Shown piece by piece: positions 28,750 to 38,231 of a DNA stretch of 46,106 nt. Made by a program: the position numbers and the translations under genes. Position 1 is the stretch's first letter; each line of letters opens with the position of its first letter. Source of the DNA: Bacteroidales bacterium (GTDB taxonomy: Bacteria > Bacteroidota > Bacteroidia > Bacteroidales > UBA12077); contig JANQHR010000042.1 of NCBI GenBank assembly GCA_028282585.1, forward strand, positions 1 through 46,106, read 5' to 3'. The notes beneath the pieces are model-generated. The model did not search any database. It was not told where the DNA came from and saw nothing but the letters and a program-made list of their open reading frames with translations.

Positions 28750-28794
28750 CGAATAATTATCTGATAATCTAATATTTATACTCCTAAAAATGAA
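28750..28794 (-). repeat. Displaced left end of the older IS copy
   Basis: CGAATAATTATCTGATAATC (28750-28769) matches CGAATAATTACCTGATATTC (28703-28722) at 18/20, with weaker similarity continuing to about 28794. Confidence 0.65.
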
Positions 28795-28841
28795 AAGCTT
28801 AAATTTGTGACTACCAAAACATTAACCAGCTAAGAACCTGC

Positions 28842-29840
28842 CTATTTAAATGCCATTTTTTTATCAATTAATTTTACAATAACAAATAATTTAGCACTTG
28901 CAATTAATAAAAATAATAGAACATATTTTGGATATTGTATCGAAAAATAATTTATTCCAAGCAGAATAATATTAATCATTAAGGCTAATAAGACAGTTTT
29001 TTTGTGTGAAAATCCATATTGAACTATGCGTTGATATGCATGCTTTTTATGAGCCATAGTAAGTTGTTCTTTATTTTTCCATCTGCGATAAAGTGTCAAA
29101 GTAGCATCAAACCAAAATAAAGACGATATAATTAACCAATTAATAAAACTAAATTCACCTGTACTATTATAATAAACTCCTAAAATAAACAAAGTATAAC
29201 CTAAAAATGTGCTTCCTACATCACCCATAAATATTTTAGCTTTAGGCCAATTCCAAAAAATGAACCCCAAAACTGTTGCTGCAAGAAATAATAAAATACT
29301 ATTTGAAGTAAAGAAAAAAATGGCTAAGGACATAAAGATAGCTTGTGATGAAGCATATGCATCAATCCCGTCTAGAAAATTATATAAGTTAATAAACCAT
29401 AAAGCTCCAACAAAAAAAAGAGAAGTAAGTAATACCTTATTATCTATAATATAAAATCCAACATTTAAATTATCAACACCATTCAGAAAATAAAATGCAA
29501 ACCCAACTGAAATGATCTGAATAACCATTCTTATTTTTGCATTTATAGTTAAAATATCATCTAATAATCCAATAATAACCAAAGGAAAAACTGAAAGTAA
29601 AGCAAAAAATAATTCTTCTTCAATCTTTTGCTTAATAAATAGTGCTGTTAATACCAATGCCCAAGTTACAATAATTGCAAGGCCACCACCTCTAGGTGTA
29701 GGAACTACATGTGAACTTCTAACATTTGGAATGTCAATAATCTTTTTCTCTAATGCTATTCTTCTCACTAAATATGTTAACATGAATGATAAAAAAGCAG
29801 TACAAATCAGTATCACAAATAAAGAATTGTCTAAATGCAT
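28842..29840 (-). CDS. MraY/WecA-family (WbpL-like) undecaprenyl-phosphate HexNAc-1-phosphate transferase
   Basis: DIPNVRSSH.VPTPRGGG, GLLDD, NLYNFLDGID, NWPKAKIFMGDVGS, AHKKHAYQR. Confidence 0.92.
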   Translation of the reverse strand: MHLDNSLFVILICTAFLSFMLTYLVRRIALEKKIIDIPNVRSSHVVPTPRGGGLAIIVTWALVLTALFIKQKIEEELFFALLSVFPLVIIGLLDDILTINAKIRMVIQIISVGFAFYFLNGVDNLNVGFYIIDNKVLLTSLFFVGALWFINLYNFLDGIDAYASSQAIFMSLAIFFFTSNSILLFLAATVLGFIFWNWPKAKIFMGDVGSTFLGYTLFILGVYYNSTGEFSFINWLIISSLFWFDATLTLYRRWKNKEQLTMAHKKHAYQRIVQYGFSHKKTVLLALMINIILLGINYFSIQYPKYVLLFLLIASAKLFVIVKLIDKKMAFK

Positions 29841-30739
29841 TATATTATATTATATTTATCATCAATAATCATTCTCTTTATTCCCTCTTCAACAGATGTT
29901 CTATTTATAAGATTCTCAAATTGAAAATTCGTTTTTATTCTTAATGATCCAAAAAGTTTATTGTACTTTTCTGACCATATTACTTTTATGAGATTTAAAG
30001 CCATTTTAGGCATTTTTACTAAAATAAGTTTTTTATTTAGATACTTAATTATTATTCTGCATAAATATTCAGTTGAAACAGCTTCTTGGTCTGAAATTAA
30101 AATAATACCTCCTATTTTTTTTTCTATTGTAATAGATAGATATTGTACCAAATTCTGAATATTAATAAAATCGCGTTTATTATTTATTCCTTTAAAAGGT
30201 AATGGAATACCTATTTTAATCAACTTTATAAGATTTTTCATATTTCCTGGAGCTTTGTACTTCCCATAAACCATCGGAGGTCTACATATAGAAACTTCAA
30301 AAGTATTATCTTTATAATTTAGAAGTTTATAATCAGCTTCTAACTTTGATTTACCATAGAGTGTATCTGGATTAACAGAAGTATTTACATTGATATAACT
30401 TTCAGTACCATAGACTGAGATTGTACTCATTTGTATAAATTGTGCTACACCTCTTTCTTTAGCCCTTTTGGCTAAATTTAGTGGTAATAAAGTATTTACT
30501 TTTTCATATAATACTTTATTTGTTTCTTTGGGTTGATGGACAATAGCAGCAAAATTCATAACTATATCAGCCCACTGAAAATGCTCATCACTTATATCTG
30601 AAAAATCAATTGACAATAAATATTTACAGTATTCTATCTTTTTTCTTGAATAACCTAAAATATCAAATTCTGTATGGTAGGTTTCTATGAAGGCTCTTGC
30701 AATAAAACTATCTGCACCTATGATCAGTAACTTCTTCAT
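29840..30739 (-). CDS. NAD-dependent epimerase/dehydratase (extended SDR)
   Basis: GADSFIA (degenerate GxxGxxG), AAIVH, YGKSK, RPPMVYG. Confidence 0.85.
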   Translation of the reverse strand: MKKLLIIGADSFIARAFIETYHTEFDILGYSRKKIEYCKYLLSIDFSDISDEHFQWADIVMNFAAIVHQPKETNKVLYEKVNTLLPLNLAKRAKERGVAQFIQMSTISVYGTESYINVNTSVNPDTLYGKSKLEADYKLLNYKDNTFEVSICRPPMVYGKYKAPGNMKNLIKLIKIGIPLPFKGINNKRDFINIQNLVQYLSITIEKKIGGIILISDQEAVSTEYLCRIIIKYLNKKLILVKMPKMALNLIKVIWSEKYNKLFGSLRIKTNFQFENLINRTSVEEGIKRMIIDDKYNII

Positions 30740-31482
30740 CTAAAATACTGTTTTAGCTTTGGTACAATCCTAAAAAAAGGATAAAAAAAAGATACCTTTA
30801 TTTTATTCCGTTTAAAAGCTTTATAGCACTCAACATTTTGCTTCAAAATGTTAATAAAAGAACCGCTCGTGGCCCCACCCATTCTCATATTTATTAATGC
30901 TTTATTAATATAATAATTACTTATTTTTTCTTTTTCAAGAAATCTTAACATTAGTTCAAAATCTGCAGCTAATTTAAAATCTAAATTAAAATATCCTAAT
31001 TTTTCATATACTTCTCTTTTGACAAAAAACGAAGGATGAGCTGGATGCCACCCTTTTTTAAAGGAACCAGATTTAAAAGTACCTGATTCCCATCTTCGTA
31101 TGATTTTATCAGGAGCCTTCTGGCTTACATAATTAATATTACCAAATACGCAATCAATATTATAGTGAGCAAAAATCTCCATAACATCTGACAATGAATT
31201 TGTATTTGAGTAGAAATCGTCTGAGTTCAATAACCCAACAATATCTCCGGAAGCTTCTTTCAATCCCTTATTCATAGCATCATATATTCCTTTATCAGGT
31301 TCCGATATAATTTTAGGATTTCTTGCAGAAGTAGATTTTATAATTTCTATGGTGTTATCATTTGAAGCTCCATCAATAATAATATGCTCAATGTCAAGAT
31401 AACGTTGATTATTAACAGAGGTTATGCAATCTGAAATTGTTTTTTCACTATTAAATGTGACTGTAATAATGGAAATTTGCAT
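30736..31482 (-). CDS. GT2 glycosyltransferase (WcaE-like, possible fucosyltransferase)
   Basis: ISIITVTFNS, IDGASND, SEPDKGIYDAMNKG, LNSDD, HPAHP, ADFEL. Confidence 0.9.
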   Translation of the reverse strand: MQISIITVTFNSEKTISDCITSVNNQRYLDIEHIIIDGASNDNTIEIIKSTSARNPKIISEPDKGIYDAMNKGLKEASGDIVGLLNSDDFYSNTNSLSDVMEIFAHYNIDCVFGNINYVSQKAPDKIIRRWESGTFKSGSFKKGWHPAHPSFFVKREVYEKLGYFNLDFKLAADFELMLRFLEKEKISNYYINKALINMRMGGATSGSFINILKQNVECYKAFKRNKIKVSFFYPFFRIVPKLKQYFR

Positions 31483-31559
31483 ATTAATTTAATGGTTATT
31501 CTGAAAATGTCTAAAATTTAATCATTTAGTTACTTAAAAATCAAACATATATAATTGAT

Positions 31560-32453
31560 TTATTTATAAACAAATCGATTTAAGAATTTAAAAAACAAAT
31601 AAGGTAAAAAGTACAATATCTTTGACAACCACTCTAATGAAAATTTATTTTTCGTTATATTTTTTTCAGTTTTTTCAATAATAATATCCCCCAAGAAACA
31701 CATTTTATAAGGTATTTTCAACAAATAATTTACTTTATCTTTCCCAAAGAAGATATCTTTATTGTTCAACATAAATCTCCAAATTTTTGCCTTAGCCGTT
31801 ATTTGTATTTTAGCCTGAAGTGCTGCATTACCCTTTCTAATTCTAAATTTTGTAAGAACATCTGATAATGCAAATATTGGTTCCCTTATTGCAATATTAA
31901 TCCATAAATACCAATCCTGTCCAAACCTCATCTCTTCATTAAATCTCAAAGTAGGGTTATCCCTTAAAAATTTAGCTTTAATCATTACAGAAGACGTTGC
32001 AACAGGTGTTGAAGCAAGGCATCTGGGAAAAACAATCCCATTGAAATAGTCTGTATTTATGATCCTATAAACTTTCTTAGTACTATAATCCTTAAATAAA
32101 GCATAATTTGTATGTGACCAAATCGCACCAGTATTTCTCATAAAATCAACTTGTAATCTTAATTTACTTTTATACCAAAGATCATCCGAATCCAAGAATG
32201 CAATATATTCACCTTTAGCTATCTGGATACCACAGTTTCTGGCTGAAGCGGGTCCTCCATTTTCTTTCCATTTATATATTATTTTACTTTCATATTTTTG
32301 AAGAAATAAAGACATATCTTCTTTTGATCCATCGTTTATTACAATAATCTCATAATCTAAAACATCCTGATTAAGAACACTTTCTACTGCTTCAATTAAC
32401 CAACTTACATTATTATAAAAAGGAATAATAACACTTGTAATAATTTTACTCAT
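31560..32453 (-). CDS. GT2 glycosyltransferase
   Basis: Likely start MSKIITSVIIPFYN at 32453 (ATGA overlap with the upstream stop); INDGS, NGGPASARN, AFLDSDD, GQD. Confidence 0.9.
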   Translation of the reverse strand: MSKIITSVIIPFYNNVSWLIEAVESVLNQDVLDYEIIVINDGSKEDMSLFLQKYESKIIYKWKENGGPASARNCGIQIAKGEYIAFLDSDDLWYKSKLRLQVDFMRNTGAIWSHTNYALFKDYSTKKVYRIINTDYFNGIVFPRCLASTPVATSSVMIKAKFLRDNPTLRFNEEMRFGQDWYLWINIAIREPIFALSDVLTKFRIRKGNAALQAKIQITAKAKIWRFMLNNKDIFFGKDKVNYLLKIPYKMCFLGDIIIEKTEKNITKNKFSLEWLSKILYFLPYLFFKFLNRFVYK

Positions 32454-33049
32454 AAATAAATTTTTTTTACATTTTTTTTTATAATTTTTGCAGGAACTCC
32501 CGCAAATATACAATTTTCTGGAACTTCTTTGGTTACAACAGAACCTGCAGCAATTATTGAGTTCGACCCTATCTTCCTTACACTTGAAAGGATTATTGAG
32601 TTCATTCCTATCCATACATTCTCACCAATATCAAGACTCTTAAATATTGGAGATGAATGTGGGTCAAGACCATGATCATGGGTTTCTATTATTGTATTTT
32701 TAGATATTAAAGTATTTTTACCTATTTTGATACCTCCCGAAAAATCAATTTTTGAGTTAATATTTATAACAACATCATCTTCAATTAATAAGTTCCCATA
32801 TAAATTCTCAGACGATAATGTTACATTTCTGGCTATATTTACATTATTCTTTAACACAATATTATTAGGATATCTATATACTATACCGCTGTGAATTTTT
32901 ACATTTTTACCGGTATTACTCAAATTTCTTTTGACAATTACTGTTGTTAAAATATCTTTCGTTTTCATGTAAGCAGTCTTAATAAGAATTAAGAAAGCTC
33001 CAATTAAGCCCGTTAATTTCCCATTCCATATATAAATTAATTTTGCCAT
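32450..33049 (-). CDS. Hexapeptide-repeat (LbH) sugar O-acyltransferase
   Basis: THDH, IGENVWIGMNSIIL, IGSNSIIAAGSVVTKEVP...AGVPAK. Confidence 0.9.
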   Translation of the reverse strand: MAKLIYIWNGKLTGLIGAFLILIKTAYMKTKDILTTVIVKRNLSNTGKNVKIHSGIVYRYPNNIVLKNNVNIARNVTLSSENLYGNLLIEDDVVININSKIDFSGGIKIGKNTLISKNTIIETHDHGLDPHSSPIFKSLDIGENVWIGMNSIILSSVRKIGSNSIIAAGSVVTKEVPENCIFAGVPAKIIKKNVKKIYL

Positions 33050-33062
33050 AATCCACCAATCT

Positions 33063-34166
33063 TTATTTTCCTTGAATACTATTTATTAATCTTACAGCAT
33101 GTTTATCTTTTTTGTCTGACAAATAATCAATAAATGTTTGTGTTGCATTTTCTGAAATAAATGATAGTTTTTCATAATCTTTTAAAAAATTCATTATTAA
33201 AGTTGTAAGTTCAATTACGTTTTTGGGTTCAACTCTAAAACAATTATATTCATCTTTCATCAGGTATGAAATACTACCAACAAAAGTTGTGATAATCGGA
33301 ACTCCAAATATCATAGCTTCATACAAAACTCTGGGAAAACCTTCATGGTATGACGGAAGGATTAAAAGGTCAGCATTTTTATATATGTGGCTTAGCTCAT
33401 CTTTCTTTGAAACTATTCCATGAAACTCTATATAATTAGTAAGTTCGTTATCTTTTGTCAATTTCTTTAAAGAATTAGCTGCAAACCCTTCTCCAACAAA
33501 GTGCATCTTAAAATTTCTTATTTCGTTATCTATTATATTCTTAATTGCTTCTAGTATTTCATAAACACCTTTATCTCTCTCTATTCTACCAACATATAAA
33601 AGATTATAGAATTGTTTACGCTTGGTCTTTCTATTATACAAAACATCATCTTCAGTAAACATCATCATCGGACGCACAGTTTCAACATTTGTTCCCGCTT
33701 GTTTAATTCTTTCTGTAAATTTGGGAGAAATAGTAAATATCACTTTAGCCTTTTTATATAAGAATCTTGATAAATTTGAAGTGATCCCTTTTTCTCCTCT
33801 GACATAGAACCCAAATGGCTTCCCCAATATTACGCAGAATATAGCTAAAATATTACAAATCTGACCAGGATAAAATAGATAAACAAAATCTGATTTATTC
33901 ACAGAATAAAATCCAATGAAAAAAGCTTTAATATAAGCCCACACCTTATTCTTTCTTCTTTTTATTGCTGTAATTTCCAAATTTCTATTACAAATATTGT
34001 AATCAGCAAGAAGGGCGTTTCCTGCAAATGGCATTCTAAATTGAAAAACAGTCACTGTATTACCATTCTGTAAAAGATCAACAAAAAATTTACCAGTTTC
34101 TTTATATACAAATAATCCTGATTCTTTCTCATACAAAACGTTATTATTTACTACTAATATTTTCAT
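33063..34166 (-). CDS. GT4 glycosyltransferase
   Basis: LYVGRI...KG, LPSYHEGFPRVLYEAM..GVPIITT.VG. Confidence 0.9.
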   Translation of the reverse strand: MKILVVNNNVLYEKESGLFVYKETGKFFVDLLQNGNTVTVFQFRMPFAGNALLADYNICNRNLEITAIKRRKNKVWAYIKAFFIGFYSVNKSDFVYLFYPGQICNILAIFCVILGKPFGFYVRGEKGITSNLSRFLYKKAKVIFTISPKFTERIKQAGTNVETVRPMMMFTEDDVLYNRKTKRKQFYNLLYVGRIERDKGVYEILEAIKNIIDNEIRNFKMHFVGEGFAANSLKKLTKDNELTNYIEFHGIVSKKDELSHIYKNADLLILPSYHEGFPRVLYEAMIFGVPIITTFVGSISYLMKDEYNCFRVEPKNVIELTTLIMNFLKDYEKLSFISENATQTFIDYLSDKKDKHAVRLINSIQGK

Positions 34167-34296
34167 TTTAACGAAACATAATTTTAGTTAATATATAATA
34201 TTTCAAAAGCCTGATCTCCAAAAAGGATTTAATCTAAACTGTCTAAACTTCATATATAATATCATCATAAGCAAGTAGTCTTAAAAAACGTTATGT

Positions 34297-35715
34297 TTAA
34301 CCTTCTGTATTTTTTGATAATTTAATAAGCATTAATCTTAGACTCTTAAAAAACATCAATATAACAATTGCCCAAATTATATGTCTGAATGGACTAAAAA
34401 TAGATGTTCTTGGAAGATATACTGAAAAACTAATAAGAAAAATATATGTAATAATGTAGTACATATCTTCACTAAAATAAGCTTTTAATTGAAAGTTAGT
34501 AACAAGATACCCTAAGAGAAACATAAAAACTATTACTCCTACCATGCCAAAAGCCATGTATAAATCTGCAATAATATTGGTACCTAATCCATAGGTAGCA
34601 TTAGCTCTTTTAGTTATGATATATGCTGATGTTAATTCCGATGGCTCCGAATTCATAAAAATATTTGTCATTAAAGATGGTAAAAATGGAACAGGTGCAA
34701 AAAAATAATAAAACATACTTTTCCCATAATTAAACCCATTCTCTTGAACATATTCAACTCCAACATATAAATTTCTGTTATTTATAGTAAGATCCATACC
34801 TAAATCAAACACTGATTCCATTTTAATGTTGCGAGAGCCCCGTTCAAAATAGTTTGCAATACCTCCTTGTTTTTTAACTGTAACTGTCTTTGATCTTGCA
34901 TATGAAACAAATGTTAATACGAACATACCAAATAAAACAATCAATATAAAATGTCTTAGATTAATTGATTTGATAAATAGTGAAAAAGCACCAATAGTAA
35001 TTAGTATTACTTGCAAAACAGGACCTCTATCGCCTGTATATAAAAATAACAATCCAAAACAGAGTAAAATTAATAATGTAGGTTTATTAAATCGCCACAA
35101 AAAATTAAAAATACTTTCCTTAAAGTTTTGAGAAACAATATTTAAAATGACAGATATTCCAATACTAACCTGAAAAATAACTAGCAGTCCTGCGGGAATT
35201 TGAGAGGTTGCTCCAAAATTACCTTTTACCATCTCTTTACCAGCGAAAATTAGAAGAATTATGAAAATAAAATAAACCCAAATATTTAATAAAAATAAAA
35301 GAGTACTGTAATTAGGCTTTTTTGTATGAATAACTACATTATCATTTCGAAAATAAAGAACAACCCCTAAATTGTACGAACATACCCCCAGCAATGCAAG
35401 AGCAGTTGCTCGAGAAATAACCTGATGGTTAAATTCAAATTTAAAGACTGAATAGTACAAGGGATTTTGCGGATAAAGAAAAACTGGATAAACAAAGTTC
35501 ACAAAAAAGAAACTTATTAAAAATAATACATGAAAGGTGAAATAATTATTATTAATTGTTGTTTGCCTTATGGTTATGAAAGATACTATTAAAAACACCA
35601 TAAAAAGAATAATACAATATTGGTTGGAATATACATCAGGTGCAAATAAATATAGTATTAGTGAGACTATAAATAAAAATAATGAAGTAATAAAAGAGGA
35701 TACTCGATTTAACAT
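34297..35715 (-). CDS. wzy: O-antigen polymerase Wzy (module A)
   Basis: Polytopic; GDRG, YGLGTNIIADLYMAFG. Confidence 0.75.
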   Translation of the reverse strand: MLNRVSSFITSLFLFIVSLILYLFAPDVYSNQYCIILFMVFLIVSFITIRQTTINNNYFTFHVLFLISFFFVNFVYPVFLYPQNPLYYSVFKFEFNHQVISRATALALLGVCSYNLGVVLYFRNDNVVIHTKKPNYSTLLFLLNIWVYFIFIILLIFAGKEMVKGNFGATSQIPAGLLVIFQVSIGISVILNIVSQNFKESIFNFLWRFNKPTLLILLCFGLLFLYTGDRGPVLQVILITIGAFSLFIKSINLRHFILIVLFGMFVLTFVSYARSKTVTVKKQGGIANYFERGSRNIKMESVFDLGMDLTINNRNLYVGVEYVQENGFNYGKSMFYYFFAPVPFLPSLMTNIFMNSEPSELTSAYIITKRANATYGLGTNIIADLYMAFGMVGVIVFMFLLGYLVTNFQLKAYFSEDMYYIITYIFLISFSVYLPRTSIFSPFRHIIWAIVILMFFKSLRLMLIKLSKNTEG

Positions 35716-36306
35716 AGTTATTATTAATTAGTCTTTTAAAAATTTAACCTTAGTATTTTTGATTATGTATTTATAAACATCTCATTTATTGTCTTTGTGA
35801 ATACAAAATGAATATTTATGACCAGTTCATTTATTAAATTTCAGTAATAATTTATTAGTATTAATTAACAATATATTGGCGTCTAACATTTCTAACTTGA
35901 TAGTCCTAAAACCAGCTAAACTTTGTTGATGTGCAATCATAACATCATTAATGTATGCAATGACATAACCAAAATAAAAGCAAAATCACCAGCAAGTAAT
36001 ACAGTAAACCATTGCCTTATCTTTATTATATATACATTTGAAAAAACAAAAGAATTAGTTGTCATAAATCACTTCTGTTAATAATTACACCTTTTGCTAA
36101 AAATGTTCGAAAAACATTTTTGCATTTATCATTTGATCAGTTTTCATAAATAATTGCTGAGCCGCATGAAAGTAACACCAATTAATTGCTTGTTTTTTTA
36201 TTAGATTACTTACTTAACGGTTTCAAATTCCTAAAAAGAAACTAAGATTACTCTCCATTTTAATACTAAAAAAATTATACTAATCAAACCATGAATAAAT
36301 TAAATA

Positions 36307-37173
36307 TTATTTTATGTTTCTTTTTAAATATTTATTTTTAAAATATGATATAATATAATATAGCAGTATTATATTTGAGAATCTAAACTTAATAACTAAT
36401 CTAGATAAATCTCTGAATTGTTTATTTTTTAGAAATTCCGAGATTATAATATAAGATCTTTTAGCAAAATATTCGCGCTTATATTTTGAAAAAGAAAATA
36501 AATTATATTCAAGAAAAAAATAATCAAGATGCACAACTGTTTGGCATGCACTGTTTTCAGAATAAAGCACATAAAAACTTAGTAAATTAGGCTCAAAAGC
36601 ATGTTTAAAGTTTTCACTTAAACGACACCACATATCAACATCTTCACCTCTCCTATATTGTGTGTTAAAAAGACCTATAATTCTGAAGCAACTTTTTTTT
36701 ACAATTACACTGGAAGTATGAATTAATGGAGCTTTATTAGCCTCTAAAAAATAATCTTCAATATATCCTCTTTCTTTATGTATATTATTTGCCGGAGAAA
36801 TATTGTTATTATTTAAAAATCCAAATTGGCAAGAAAAAACAGATGCATCGGTAAAATCATTTATTAACTTATTCATTATCAATAGGTATTTATTATCCCA
36901 CAAGTCATCTGCATCTAAGAAAGCAATATAATCACTTTTTGCTTCTAAAATACCACGATTACGTGCGCTTGAAACTCCTCCATTCTCTTTATTAATTACT
37001 CTTATTCGATCATCTCTGATAGATTCAACAATTTTCAAACTATTATCAGTAGAAGCATCATTTACAACAATAACTTCAAAATCCCGAAACGACTGGTTAA
37101 GGACTGATTCAATAGTATTTTTAATACTTGTTTCTTTATTATATAAAGGAATTACAACTGAAAACATTTTCAT
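36307..37173 (-). CDS. GT2 glycosyltransferase
   Basis: SVVIPLYNK, VNDASTD, NGGVSSARN, AFLDADD, GED. Confidence 0.92.
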   Translation of the reverse strand: MKMFSVVIPLYNKETSIKNTIESVLNQSFRDFEVIVVNDASTDNSLKIVESIRDDRIRVINKENGGVSSARNRGILEAKSDYIAFLDADDLWDNKYLLIMNKLINDFTDASVFSCQFGFLNNNNISPANNIHKERGYIEDYFLEANKAPLIHTSSVIVKKSCFRIIGLFNTQYRRGEDVDMWCRLSENFKHAFEPNLLSFYVLYSENSACQTVVHLDYFFLEYNLFSFSKYKREYFAKRSYIIISEFLKNKQFRDLSRLVIKFRFSNIILLYYIISYFKNKYLKRNIK

Positions 37174-38198
37174 CTCAAGTTATGTTTTAAAAAATTCATG
37201 GATTCATCTCTCAGTATATTTAATACTGAAGATACACGCTTATAGTCAATTTCGTTTTTCCAATTTTGTTTCTCTAATACTTCATCATAAGATTGATAAA
37301 AGTGATCTTCCAGATTCAATACTTTAAACAAATCGGTTATTCTTCCCGTTCTTTTTGGATTAGCAGGCAATACAATAATTTGTTTCCTGAAAATAATAGC
37401 TAAACAGGTTATATGAAATGAATCTGTAACCACCAAACCAGCCTGCTTAATTCGGGTAATTAATTGGGAGACACTTAAAAAAGGACTCCATTTAAAACCA
37501 CGCATTGGTCGATTGTTTTTTAATAAACGTATATTTTTATTTTCAAGTGCTGCCAATTTTAGTCCAAAATCATAGAATTCTTTATTCTTGATAAATTTGA
37601 AACAAACAATTTCATTAGTGTTTTTTGATTTAGCATTTATCAAATCTGAAAAGTTTCCTAATAACAAAGTTGGATCAAGGACAATCGAAGCTTTAAGAGC
37701 TAAATGCTTTTTCAATAAGATTATACCAGTATTTTCCCTGACAGATATTGAATGGAATTTATTAATTAATTCTTTAATATTATTTGTCTCTTCCTTATTA
37801 TATATCCATTCAGATATACCAAATGAAGCAGCATAAGCGATTCTTTTTTTATTGTTGGGTAAAAAATCGAAAAAATAAGAATATTTATGACTTTTGGTAA
37901 TCTCTTTATTCCAAACCTGATCACTCCCAACTATATATAAATCATGATTGAAATTAAAACTTAGAAATTCTTCTGAAGAATAAAATATTTGTTTTTGAAC
38001 TGGAAGAAATCTTTTTCTAAATGTGTAAAATGGTCTTGAAAACAAATAATATCGTAAATCCTTTTTTTCCTTTTTGGGGCACAGATTAACTATTTCTACT
38101 TCATAACCAATTTTTTTTAAAGTTTCACATAAACCGTAGACTTGCAGTAAAGCACCGTAGTTGTTAGCCCAGTGAAAAGTGAGGATTCCTAATTTCAT
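37170..38198 (-). CDS. Polysaccharide pyruvyl transferase family protein
   Basis: ILTFHWANNYGALLQ, VGSDQVWN, YAASFG, SVRE, DPTLL, VTDSFH. Confidence 0.9.
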   Translation of the reverse strand: MKLGILTFHWANNYGALLQVYGLCETLKKIGYEVEIVNLCPKKEKKDLRYYLFSRPFYTFRKRFLPVQKQIFYSSEEFLSFNFNHDLYIVGSDQVWNKEITKSHKYSYFFDFLPNNKKRIAYAASFGISEWIYNKEETNNIKELINKFHSISVRENTGIILLKKHLALKASIVLDPTLLLGNFSDLINAKSKNTNEIVCFKFIKNKEFYDFGLKLAALENKNIRLLKNNRPMRGFKWSPFLSVSQLITRIKQAGLVVTDSFHITCLAIIFRKQIIVLPANPKRTGRITDLFKVLNLEDHFYQSYDEVLEKQNWKNEIDYKRVSSVLNILRDESMNFLKHNLR

Positions 38199-38231
38199 AA
38201 CTTGTTATTGAATTTTATTAAGTTTAACCAA

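Noticed and set aside
32454-32615. Cys-rich N-terminal extension of the GT2 in the ORF track
   Set aside because: It is an alternative frame of the acyltransferase 3' end; the real start is most likely 32453
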